A program made the translations under genes and the position numbers. This document shows positions 9,501 to 17,173 of a DNA stretch of 64,000 bases, piece by piece; position 1 is the first letter of the stretch; each line of letters begins with the position of its first letter. This stretch comes from a virus. A model generated the notes under the pieces. The model had not been told where the DNA came from and did no database searches. It was given only the letters and a program-made list of their open reading frames with translations. The stretch covers positions 1 to 64,000 of the IMG/VR virus record IMGVR_UViG_3300009285_005282. One strand, 5' to 3'.

Positions 9501-10229
9501 ATGCAGGCTGGAGACGTTGACCTGGTACTGGTAGCAGGTGTCCCAGTAGACGCTTAGGTCCAGGCAGCTCAGGATGATTGCTCGCTGCGACGCACTTTTC
9601 ATGAACTGGTAGCCGATGACCTCCCCACAAAAGAACAGCTTCCACTTGTTGTCCTCGACACTGTGGTCCTCAACCGGCCCGGTGCTCGCGCTGGACGTCC
9701 CCACCTCCCCAGGCCCCCCCACTCCCGCCCCCCATCCGGTGATCTGGCCGGTGGTTGTGGGGCCGGCGGCGTGGGTGTCCATGCACGCCGGCAACCCGGT
9801 CAGCTCCGCATCAACCGCGTCATCCTCCGGGAGGGACGTACCACCGGAGGGGGACCAACCGCCGGTGTCACCAGAGGCGCTGAAGTCGGGGGTGTCCCGT
9901 AGCGCGAGGTCGCTCATGCCATCGGTCGCGTCAAAACGTGGGGCCGGGCGTAGGGAGAGGTTGCTCAGGTCGGCTACCTCGTCGGCGGTGCCCACGCGTT
10001 CGCTGGACGATGTGGAGACCCGGATGGTGTCCCCTGGACCGTCGTAGAAGTCTAGGAAGAACAGATGCACCAGCGACCGGGGCAGGAACTGGTGTGCCTT
10101 GTCAGTGGCTGGGATCTGAATCTGGCACTGCGCCGGCGCATCCGGTTGGATGCTTACTGACGCCGAGACTACCGGGACCTCGATCCCCTCGATGAAGCAA
10201 CGGAGCTGTAGATGTTGTGCAACGGCCAT
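6585..10229 (-). CDS. Large virion protein, baseplate hub-like
   Basis: 1214-aa ORF; N-terminal LRCFIEGIEVPVVSASV...LPRSLVHLFF and later VSGKFNPWAVCGFP resemble hub/tail-tip beta architecture. Confidence 0.55.
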   Translation of the reverse strand: MAVAQHLQLRCFIEGIEVPVVSASVSIQPDAPAQCQIQIPATDKAHQFLPRSLVHLFFLDFYDGPGDTIRVSTSSSERVGTADEVADLSNLSLRPAPRFDATDGMSDLALRDTPDFSASGDTGGWSPSGGTSLPEDDAVDAELTGLPACMDTHAAGPTTTGQITGWGAGVGGPGEVGTSSASTGPVEDHSVEDNKWKLFFCGEVIGYQFMKSASQRAIILSCLDLSVYWDTCYQYQVNVSSLHGNTTAQFVGAGTTLFDTFFQSPESTLVDVITRRSVSHPELTGLLSGVVHLLERVGGVYTRAGFRGVNDFFTIAELRYHLIDMLGAAEDDASSQRLFPRRAFNVWARNSAGRLGQIASFREILNLLNGFIFHNTVPCPVARYQAPDSYSTTRREAVSRTHNFRSTAAYNQISGDIATQRQAVVDFSTTTRQVRNRGLSGAMEGLARNILASRTALEPYSRQYDFTAALSNLQTAATELRTAGAAIARFESANHTDVRARYTNILQRNSSHFQQARTALTDTLTALDGGTYTSRDSRERESETTVSKRLYSQIIRPDIFMCAPPRCNILFPELYSQIEMQRMYLREVSRMRLTVSDEIFGPDELLNSVYFAPDVEVLGARVRQGQQSSTEGATLRREAYAQRLMEHELYTGPVPIFERMNEVNMVAVNGQQTDYRGARVPYVMRAANHQFFKNRWSSRSMSVSGKFNPWAVCGFPAVVVDRPMTAEQLTLSGLRGEEFLEQAAQSNYPGVTRDADNELTFSEDWGILDAWDILKHTVPVQYVGLVMGLQHSVTQDSASTSYTFAAARTHRDNDELLGANRIRTSNRQGGTTTVSTTVAALPSDPPLVGQLGPNHGRITEVTALEQSSGSYRLYGTFNSRGPRGYTMSVLVGTSQRADAYGPEVVTLIGSTTEEVEFRAYRVTEDVESYQQEVVDVPLEDFVRPPWMADCWRNDQIGGVYQQFFGIGAITDPIVIDTRLGDTRTASADARAVQARLSDLSLRDTPDFNPVWDAPGVSASGAYTSDENAIRTPPYTPTQDQQVQGNQDPIRVDGRTVQEAEMHISVERAIDLLVRSYSAIKQQAGADIHEFIRAYTWRPVATLTDMLGSRDLTINAETGETQGVEGFHSRAFGNGENGRNLRNLLPPDSEGRPVRRILGISTESSRLEGGQEAQVTSEDRQRNQDALVRLDTRSEKASAVMAYVTELWQSRGQLG

Positions 10230-10253
10230 GCCCCTACCCTACCACAAGTGATG

Positions 10254-10288
10254 ACCAGCTAAGGAATTGCCGCAGGAGTTGCGGCTAG
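10254..10288 (-). repeat. Dispersed hairpin/TTAG element, copy 1
   Basis: CTAAGGAATTGCCGCAGGAGTTGCGGCTAG on +, identical to the cores of copies 2 and 5. Confidence 0.9.
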
Positions 10289-10396
10289 GGAGGGGTGGCG
10301 ACGTAGCGCGCCGTCGCTTGAGTCAGAGGGGCTTGCAGCGTGTAGCGCGGGTCGTCATTGTTGAGAATGTGGGGGCCGGTCTCGGTTCCGTTCGGG

Positions 10397-10744
10397 TCAC
10401 GTACTCGTCAGCGGATTCGGTCGTAGCTCTCCTTCCTGTTCGACGGTTACCCGCAAGGGGCCGTTCTTCCCCCGCAGACGTAGCTCAATACGAACGGTGC
10501 CGGCGGCGTGCATTACTTTTTCTAGCTGCTGCACAAGTACCTCCAACACCCGCGTGTCTGCCGTGACATCAACGTCGGAGTTGACGTTCTCGGTCGCCCA
10601 GCGGGCGTATCTGTCCACGGTGCACGGGAGTCGTTCCAGCTCACGACTCTCGATCCACGAGGCTACCCCGAGCGCCCAGCGCCCGATCAGTCCCAACAGC
10701 CAGTCCAACATGCGTTCCTCCACCAGGAATTGTTGCAGAAGCAC
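10397..10744 (-). CDS. Hypothetical protein
   Basis: Co-oriented ORF; possible start at MLDWLL after GGAGGA. Confidence 0.6.
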   Translation of the reverse strand: MLLQQFLVEERMLDWLLGLIGRWALGVASWIESRELERLPCTVDRYARWATENVNSDVDVTADTRVLEVLVQQLEKVMHAAGTVRIELRLRGKNGPLRVTVEQEGELRPNPLTST

Positions 10745-10795
10745 GTCAAGGGAGAAAGGTGGGGCGGCCGGCCGCTAGCGAAAACGGGTGTTTTG

Positions 10796-11395
10796 TCAGT
10801 TCACTTCGCCCGGCCACTCCGGGATCTCTGAGCGGAGATCTTTTGCCTGCCGGACCCGTTCCTCCTCTAGCGCCACAGCCTCCTCTGCCGCCGTCGCTGT
10901 TGACCGTATCGCGTTTACTGCTATCGCCCACTCTGCTGCCCTCGCCGCTCGCGCCGCGTCCGACGCCCACACTGCGGCCATCGTCGCCCACGTCGCTGAC
11001 CGCATCGCACTTCCTACTGTCTCCCACGCCGCTGCCTTTGTCGCTTGCGTCGCTATCGCTGCCTCCGCTGCTTGCGCTGACCGGTCGTCGCCGGTAAGCC
11101 ACCGTACGGCCCACTCCCACCAGTCAACGGCCCAGGGGGCGTCGTTCCCCTCCAGCGATTTCATCACGTGCCGGATGACGCGCTCGACGACTTTGTCGGT
11201 GGCCCGCAGCAGTGCGGGCATCACTGCTCGCAGTTCAGCGGCCGACAGCCCGTACCGGAGCTGCCAGCCCATCCAGTCGCCGCGCTGACAGAGCTTCCAG
11301 GCGTCGGCTTGGGTGGCGTCTGGACCGAGCGATTTTCGCCATTTCAACGCCTCAGGACACGAACTGTGGGCCAGGCCCCATTCGTAAGCGTTCAT
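10796..11395 (-). CDS. Ala/Trp-rich paralogue family protein, copy D
   Basis: MNAYEWGLAHSSCPEALKWRKSLGP...CQRGDWMGWQLR...RQAKDLRSEIPEWPGEVN. Confidence 0.88.
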   Translation of the reverse strand: MNAYEWGLAHSSCPEALKWRKSLGPDATQADAWKLCQRGDWMGWQLRYGLSAAELRAVMPALLRATDKVVERVIRHVMKSLEGNDAPWAVDWWEWAVRWLTGDDRSAQAAEAAIATQATKAAAWETVGSAMRSATWATMAAVWASDAARAARAAEWAIAVNAIRSTATAAEEAVALEEERVRQAKDLRSEIPEWPGEVN

Positions 11396-11483
11396 TGGAG
11401 CCTCCGGAGCAGCCGCCAGATCAGGCGGGCGAGCCGGGCTGTCAGTCGGTCCCACAGTGGGGGGCTTACGCATCCGGGGTGTG

Positions 11484-11750
11484 TCATCGCCAACTCTGTA
11501 TCCTACGGAGAAGGATGTCTAACTGGGATTCGGGGGGCGCGGCGTGCACCCCTGCCTCCAAGTAGTGGTGTAGGCAGCGTGGGCAGAGTGCCCACCATCC
11601 CCAGGCGTCGTACTCGTACCCCGGTGGGGGTACGTTGAACTCATACCCTGTCGGCTCTGCGCATACCGCGCAACTCTTATGTTGCCTGGCCGGTCGGCGC
11701 ATAGTGCACAGTTCTCTGGTCTCTCTGGTTCTTCCCTGTACGCTCAGCAT
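11484..11750 (-). CDS. CxxC...CxxC hypothetical protein
   Basis: CAVC...CPRC; AAGGAG RBS; TATAAG at 11791-11796. Confidence 0.7.
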   Translation of the reverse strand: MLSVQGRTRETRELCTMRRPARQHKSCAVCAEPTGYEFNVPPPGYEYDAWGWWALCPRCLHHYLEAGVHAAPPESQLDILLRRIQSWR

Positions 11751-11842
11751 CGTTTTCTCCTTCCCACTGTAACCCATACAGTGTGAATACCTTATAACGA
11801 AAACTACAGTTGTAGCTTTGAGAGAGGTTGCTGGCCGGTACG

Positions 11843-11884
11843 CCCAACTAATTCCCAACTAATTCCCAACTAATACCCAACTAA
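11843..11884. repeat. 4x 11-bp tandem repeat (CCCAACTAA core)
   Basis: Cores at 11843, 11854, 11865 and 11876; equals the tail of the dispersed element. Confidence 0.9.
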
Positions 11885-11889
11885 AAGCA

Positions 11890-11951
11890 GGTGCTCTACG
11901 TTCACCCGCAACTCACCAGATCGGCGAGCCGCGGGGTGAACATAGAGCACC
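11890..11951 (-). terminator. Long (~28 bp) imperfect hairpin
   Basis: GGTGCTCTATGTTCACCC..GGGTGAACGTAGAGCACC on -; mismatches are G-U on the - strand; followed by TGCTTTTAG. Confidence 0.7.
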
Positions 11952-12097
11952 GTGCCTTTATCTCAGTGCCCAGCCGCACCTCCATGCGGCCCGGACAGCT
12001 CGATAGGCGCGTGCCAGCCGGCCACGCGCCCCAAGGACGTACTCCAGCTCTCGGGCCAAGAGGCCCGGGGCGACCAGCTCCAGTCTCTCGACGGGGC

Positions 12098-13918
12098 TCA
12101 TGTGCCCCTCCCTTCTGCAGCGTGGACCCGCTGCACGTAAGCTCTCAGCACTCGGCAGAGGGCCGGGTGCGGATCAGTGTTCTCTGGGCCACGGTGCTGT
12201 CGCACCAGCCCGTTTCTCGACAACTCGGCGGTGGACCTGACCCCCTTTCGGGGGAGGCGCAGCGACAGGACGACCGACTGGCCGCCCTCCACCGCGCTGG
12301 CGTAGCCGCCGACGCAGTGAGACATCTCCCGCCCCTCCCGCGCCAGCTCCGCGGGGGTGGCCAGGTGTCTCATCACCCGGCGGTATGGGCGGGGCCACTG
12401 CCCTGGGAGTTGGGCGAGGACGCGGTGGTCCTTTCGCGCCTTCTCCTCCCAGTCGGTGGCGAGGCGCCGCGCCGCGGCCTCAAACGCCTCGTCGGGGCGG
12501 GTGGCCACCCCACGGACGAGGTCGGCGTCTTGGATCTCGTCCAGGCGGTCCATAAACCGCCAGACGATCTCTTCGCCCGCGGGGGCGTGGAGGACGCGCT
12601 CCCGCAGAAACGCGCCGTACCCGCCACGACGCTCTACGTCCGCGACCCAACGGACGAGGAGCACGGACCGGAGGCGCGGGAGGTCCTCCAGTCCGGCCAG
12701 CAGATCACGCTGGAGCCACTCCACCAGGTCGGTCCCGCCAGCGAGGAGCCAGCGATGGGCCTCGGCGGCGGACAGCTCGCTACCGCTGACCTGACGGGGG
12801 GACTCCCCGAGGGCCAGTCGGCGAGCCGTATCCAGGGGTACCGTGGGGTAAGCGGGACAGATCATCCCGATTACTCCCTGGACCTGCTGTCTCCCATCCC
12901 AGAGGGTCGTTTCGACCCCCTGGCTCTCGGCGACCTGGGCGGTCCGAGCGCCCTGGTATACCCAGCCGTTCTGGGCCGTCCTCAGGGACAGCGCCAGCCG
13001 GAGTCGCCCACTCCGGTCCTCTGCCAGTCCGCGGAGCAGCGGCCGGGCCGCCTCGACCGCGGGGGCCAGGTCCCGCGCGCGGATCAGCGGGGCGCGGACC
13101 CAGTGCCCGTCCGTCCACCCCCCCGTGTCCTCCCACCCCTTGGGTAGGTGGGAGAGCACTGCCGCCTGCCCCTCGGGGCAGAGCTCCCCGAGGAGGCGGA
13201 GAGCCCCGAGGTCGAGCCGCTCAGCTCGGCCCCCGCCGAGGCTTGCTCGGTTCGCTGCCCGGGCCGCCAACGTGAGTTGGCGTCGGCGTCGGCGGGAGAG
13301 GGACTCCCACCGTGGGAAAAGCACACCCGGGCGGGGGGCGTCCGGCCCGGTGTGCTCCCGCCAGTCCGACCCCCGGCGGACTCCCGCTCGTACCACCATG
13401 GCAGGCCACCCCGCCTGCCAGGCTCCCGCAACCCACTCCGGTTGCGGGTTGTGGCACGACCCGACCGCCGCGGGTCGGGTGGCCACTTGCGCCCAGTAGG
13501 CGAGGAAGTCCGTGAAGACTCTCGCCCACTGGGCCGGGGAGAACCGGTTCCAGCCGGCTGCGACCAGCCGGCCGTCCTCCGGCCACCCTTCCGCCGGGCC
13601 GACGTAGTCCTTCGGCGAGCACACGCCGAAGGTGTTTGGGTGGCGTCGCCGACACGCGGCGACGTAGAGCCCCGCTGTGTCATACCGCGGGGGGCCGGAG
13701 CGCTTGGCCGGCCGCGTGAGAGCCAGCGCGGCCCTCACGGTCCACTCGCCCTCGCGTGGCCCCCACGCCGCGAGCTCGATGTCGCGCTCGGTGGTGGTGG
13801 TGGTGGTGGTGGTGGTGGTGGTGGTGGTGTTGATGCTGGCGAGTCGGCGCGCTGCGCCGCGCCAGCCCTGCACCACCACTGCTGTTACGACCAATTCTGC
13901 TATTGTGGCCCGCAACAT
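12098..13918 (-). CDS. PcfJ-like domain protein
   Basis: C-terminal ELAREGREMSHCVGGY...SVVLSLR...STAEL...QHRGPEN; AAGGAGG RBS; TATAAG at 13970. Confidence 0.8.
   Translation of the reverse strand: MLRATIAELVVTAVVVQGWRGAARRLASINTTTTTTTTTTTTTERDIELAAWGPREGEWTVRAALALTRPAKRSGPPRYDTAGLYVAACRRRHPNTFGVCSPKDYVGPAEGWPEDGRLVAAGWNRFSPAQWARVFTDFLAYWAQVATRPAAVGSCHNPQPEWVAGAWQAGWPAMVVRAGVRRGSDWREHTGPDAPRPGVLFPRWESLSRRRRRQLTLAARAANRASLGGGRAERLDLGALRLLGELCPEGQAAVLSHLPKGWEDTGGWTDGHWVRAPLIRARDLAPAVEAARPLLRGLAEDRSGRLRLALSLRTAQNGWVYQGARTAQVAESQGVETTLWDGRQQVQGVIGMICPAYPTVPLDTARRLALGESPRQVSGSELSAAEAHRWLLAGGTDLVEWLQRDLLAGLEDLPRLRSVLLVRWVADVERRGGYGAFLRERVLHAPAGEEIVWRFMDRLDEIQDADLVRGVATRPDEAFEAAARRLATDWEEKARKDHRVLAQLPGQWPRPYRRVMRHLATPAELAREGREMSHCVGGYASAVEGGQSVVLSLRLPRKGVRSTAELSRNGLVRQHRGPENTDPHPALCRVLRAYVQRVHAAEGRGT
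13790..13828. repeat. (GGT)13 trinucleotide repeat encoding Thr13
   Basis: Perfect repeat read directly from the sequence. Confidence 0.95.
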
Positions 13919-14054
13919 CGGGCCTCCTTTCTGCCGGCGTGGCTGCCGGCTTGCTTGTGTCTCTGTTTTCTTATAACGCGGACTTCTACGCGTTCGGCTA
14001 AGTCATGGTGGGGCCACATTCTGCTGGGGTAGTGTCCTTACAACGCAGATTTTG

Positions 14055-14093
14055 TACTTGGCTAAAACGAGGACCAGCTCACGCTGGGTCCTC
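14055..14093 (-). terminator. Hairpin + TTTTAGCCAAGTA element
   Basis: GAGGACCCAGC-GTGA-GCTGGTCCTC followed by GTTTTAGCCAAGTA on -. Confidence 0.7.
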
Positions 14094-14170
14094 GCGGGAA
14101 TGTCGGAACGGAGCCGAACCGCCCAGTCATCCTCCTATGGTCTCCCGCCCCGGGGTGGCGGCCTACCGCC

Positions 14171-14416
14171 TCACGGCACCTCCTTTCTCGTTCGATCCTG
14201 GAACGGCTCCCGCCGCCAGGAGTTCAGGCCGGAGCAGCATCCTTTTCCGATGTCGAGGGCACGCGCTGTCCTGGAGCCTCTTTCCAGGACCAGTCGGCAC
14301 CAGTGCCGACTGTCCCTCCAGACGAGCCCTCCGCACGGTGCGTCAGTCCCGTACGTCACCGCGCCGTAGTAGCAGGGCACTTTGGCGCAGCAGAATCCGC
14401 AGCCGGTGCACTCCAT
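14171..14416 (-). CDS. CxxCxxCC (YkgJ-like) Cys-rich protein
   Basis: MECTGCGFCC...PC...WC...GKGCC. Confidence 0.75.
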   Translation of the reverse strand: MECTGCGFCCAKVPCYYGAVTYGTDAPCGGLVWRDSRHWCRLVLERGSRTARALDIGKGCCSGLNSWRREPFQDRTRKEVP

Positions 14417-14461
14417 GTTGGTAGCGTTCCTTTCTGTACCGAGACTTTGTGGAAACTGGTC

Positions 14462-14785
14462 CTACCGCAGACGACAGAGCAGGCCGACCTCCCACTCGTC
14501 GTCCCGGATGGCGAGCTCTCCCTTGAGGTGGGGGTCGTCCACTCGGAAGCGGAGCCGGACGACAGCTGCTTCGTCACCTGGCTTCATGGGGGAGGGGTCC
14601 CTGGAGATGGGGCAGTGTACCCCCGTCATCTCCAGGATCTTTAGTTGGTTGCCGGTGTACCCGACGCACGAGCGGAAGCGGTCGGCGTGCAGCCACGCGC
14701 TGAGCTCCCCCCACGTCAGCCGGTCGTAGGTGTACGTGCCGAACCCTCCGGCCGGGATCACGGCGCTGTTGACGACCCATCTCAT
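14462..14785 (-). CDS. DUF1874 / AcrIII-1 (YddF, STIV B116)-like protein, His-to-Tyr variant
   Basis: VVNSAVI...G.Y...LT..E...SCVGY...G...SR...MKPGDEAAVVRLRFR...LLCRL parallels the family pattern LNS..G.Y..S.IGH..NR..M..GDEA..L..R; GGAGG RBS; TATAAG at 14804. Confidence 0.7.
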   Translation of the reverse strand: MRWVVNSAVIPAGGFGTYTYDRLTWGELSAWLHADRFRSCVGYTGNQLKILEMTGVHCPISRDPSPMKPGDEAAVVRLRFRVDDPHLKGELAIRDDEWEVGLLCRLR

Positions 14786-14804
14786 GGTTTCCTCCGTGCT
14801 TTTC

Positions 14805-15980
14805 TTATAACGGCGGCGCGGCGCGCCATACCCGCTGTAGCTCGTCGGCGTAACTGGCAACTCCGCATGTGGACAGCCGGTACGCTAGCTCTTTCAGGTA
14901 GGCCCCGGTCAGCCCGTCTGTGCCCCCAAGCAGCTCTTGGTGAGTGCGCTCGTCCACGTGGACGTCGAATTTTGCGTAGTAGTAGCGCAGGATAGCGGAG
15001 CGGGTCGTTTCGTCGGGAGCGTGGAGCTGCACCACTTCGTCAACCCGTCCGGGGCGCATTCCTTCGATGTAGTAGCATCCAGGCTTCTCAGGTACTGCTG
15101 GGGTCATGTACGTGAGGATGATCGTACGTCCTGGAGCGTGTAGGAGCTCAAGAATGTCCAAGAGCTGCGCGCCCACGCCACGGTGTAGTTGTTGCACGTC
15201 ATCCAACAGCAAGATCGTTGGGTCGGCGAGGTTGACCAGTGCTGTGAGGTACTCGGTTGAGCACTGCTGCAACACCCGGCCTGAGATCCGTAGGATGTGC
15301 GCGGACGGCGCTAGATGCTGTGCTACCGCCTGCGCCAGAAGGGTCTTGCCGACGCCGGACGGCCCACGAATCAGTAGGGTGCGCCCGCTGGTGCTGCGAA
15401 GCCGTCTTGCCAACTCTGCGGCGTCATCGTTTGGTCCAGACACGTAGCACTCCGGTGGTGCTAGCGGGCCTATAGAAAGTTTCGTGTGGTCAGTCGGTGC
15501 CCCCGATTGGTCGTTTCCTTCCAACAAGTTCACCCTGAGCCACCTCCAGAATAGGGGCCGTGTGGCTTTTGGTAGCCGCGCAATATCCTGCGGTCGTGTG
15601 CAGAGCACGGCGTTGCGAGCGTACTGTACTACGCCGATTTCACATTGTGGAAGCCGATACACCAGTACCTTGGTGGAGTTGTCGTCGGTAGTCAGTGTGG
15701 TGTGCGGCACCGTTGAGTTGTTGAGCAGAGTGATTATCATGTCGCCCTCCACGCAGAAGTAGCGAAGCATGCCACATCGGGCTATCAGCGTGTCGGGGTC
15801 GTTAGTGGCGAGGGCCAGTTCACATACGCTGCCGGCGACCGCCCCCGCGGCCAGCACCTTGGTGATGACCCCTCCACCGCGGGCCGTTCGCAGCGTGTTC
15901 AGCACCTCCCGCGCGGTCGACAGCCCTCGGCGCCATAGCGGCAGGTACGCCTCCTTTAGCATGTATGCAGGGAGGTTCAT
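14805..15980 (-). CDS. AAA+ ATPase
   Basis: Walker A GPSGVGKT, Walker B ILLLDD, arginine finger MRPGRVD. Confidence 0.9.
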   Translation of the reverse strand: MNLPAYMLKEAYLPLWRRGLSTAREVLNTLRTARGGGVITKVLAAGAVAGSVCELALATNDPDTLIARCGMLRYFCVEGDMIITLLNNSTVPHTTLTTDDNSTKVLVYRLPQCEIGVVQYARNAVLCTRPQDIARLPKATRPLFWRWLRVNLLEGNDQSGAPTDHTKLSIGPLAPPECYVSGPNDDAAELARRLRSTSGRTLLIRGPSGVGKTLLAQAVAQHLAPSAHILRISGRVLQQCSTEYLTALVNLADPTILLLDDVQQLHRGVGAQLLDILELLHAPGRTIILTYMTPAVPEKPGCYYIEGMRPGRVDEVVQLHAPDETTRSAILRYYYAKFDVHVDERTHQELLGGTDGLTGAYLKELAYRLSTCGVASYADELQRVWRAAPPL

Positions 15981-16831
15981 AGGTCGAATGGCAGAGCATT
16001 GCACTGGAACCCCGCAGCTCCAGCGTGCCCGCCGCCTCTGTGGGCTTTTGCGATCGCCGCGCAGTCGAAGCCGCGGTCGCTGTAGAGCGACACCTCCCAC
16101 TTCCGAACGTCGCCTCTCCAGAGGAATGGGACCATGGCGACGCAGTCTGGGTGTGCGGCCCAGATCTCGTCGAAGCGTTCACTACCCTTGTAGGTGTTGA
16201 GCGCCAGCACTTGGTGTCCGTCCAGCGTCGTCTCGAAGGCGAAGGGGGTCAGTTCGGCGTACTGCTGACGTGCAAACCGCAAGACAACGTTTCCGTGTTC
16301 GATGAGCGTTTGCAGTACCACTGGGGATTCGCAGCTCCACAGGAGCTGTTGCCAGCACTCGTGGGCGACCCCAGGGTTCAGGGCGCGCATGCCGTACTGG
16401 AACTCCTTGATGCGCTCACTGTGGATGTCGTTCACCCACGCTCGGGTGTCCCACCGACCGAGCCATTGGACGGCGAGAGGTTGTTGGGCCGTTAGGTTGA
16501 AGTAGTCCCAACACAGCTCGCAGGCTGCTTGCCCGACCTTGCGCACTCCAGCTATGGTGCTCCCCGCCCACCTCTCCATGGCGGTCTTGTGGTGGTCGAT
16601 CCAGACTAGGTTCGGGACGGTGTCGATCAATCGTTGCATGTCCTGATCGGGAAAGGAGAGGTCTACCAGAAAGACCTTGTTCGCGGCGCCGATTCGATCC
16701 CACGGGATGGGGTCGCCGTGGGTCCACCCGAGAAGTTCCGTGTGAGGTTCGTAGCGCAGTTCGTAGTGCAGCACGATGGCAGCGCTACACACCCCGTCCA
16801 GGTCCGCTCGATGATAGATGCACAGGTTCAA
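15977..16831 (-). CDS. DHH/DHHA1 phosphoesterase (NrnB-like)
   Basis: YHRADLDG, VDLSF, WIDHHKTA, GGGHAGAAGF; TTG start after AAGGAGG. Confidence 0.92.
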   Translation of the reverse strand: MNLCIYHRADLDGVCSAAIVLHYELRYEPHTELLGWTHGDPIPWDRIGAANKVFLVDLSFPDQDMQRLIDTVPNLVWIDHHKTAMERWAGSTIAGVRKVGQAACELCWDYFNLTAQQPLAVQWLGRWDTRAWVNDIHSERIKEFQYGMRALNPGVAHECWQQLLWSCESPVVLQTLIEHGNVVLRFARQQYAELTPFAFETTLDGHQVLALNTYKGSERFDEIWAAHPDCVAMVPFLWRGDVRKWEVSLYSDRGFDCAAIAKAHRGGGHAGAAGFQCNALPFDL

Positions 16832-16903
16832 CGCGTCCTCCTTTGTTAGGTGCTTACCGCACCTTTTAGTAAACGACTGGTCACTTATACCATAGCGGCG
16901 TGA

Positions 16904-16936
16904 TACCTGGCTAAAAGGAAGGTAGCTGTAGCTACC
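16904..16936 (-). terminator. Hairpin + TTTTAGCCAGGTA element
   Basis: GGTAGC-TACA-GCTACC TTCCTTTTAGCCAGGTA on -, followed by TATAAG at 16884. Confidence 0.75.
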
Positions 16937-17173
16937 GACCCTCGACCTACTCCAACCGGTCTTTTTTGGAGTGCGCCCTGGCCTTGTGATTTGTGCTTTG
17001 GCGATCCGGCTCCAACCGGTCCACCTAGCACTCCTCATTCAGCGGGGCGTTGCCCTGCCGCTACCCGGGCGTGGGGTAGCGTGTCCCTCTACAGGGGACG
17101 TCGAACAGGGACTTTCTCTGTGGGGGCACAGCCTACGCTGTCGCGCCTCCCCCACTACGCCGGGGCCTCCTGG

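Noticed and set aside
11891-14032. Long + strand ORFs (11891-13147, 13148-14032) and similar shadow ORFs such as 48884-50152 and 50621-51706
   Set aside because: They lie antisense to well-supported genes in GC-rich DNA and show no motifs or RBS.
16968-17170. RNase P RNA (GAGAAAGTCC after a hairpin on the - strand resembles conserved region I)
   Set aside because: No convincing P2 pairing or 3' ACAGAA...GGCUUA consensus; kept only as a generic structured RNA candidate.
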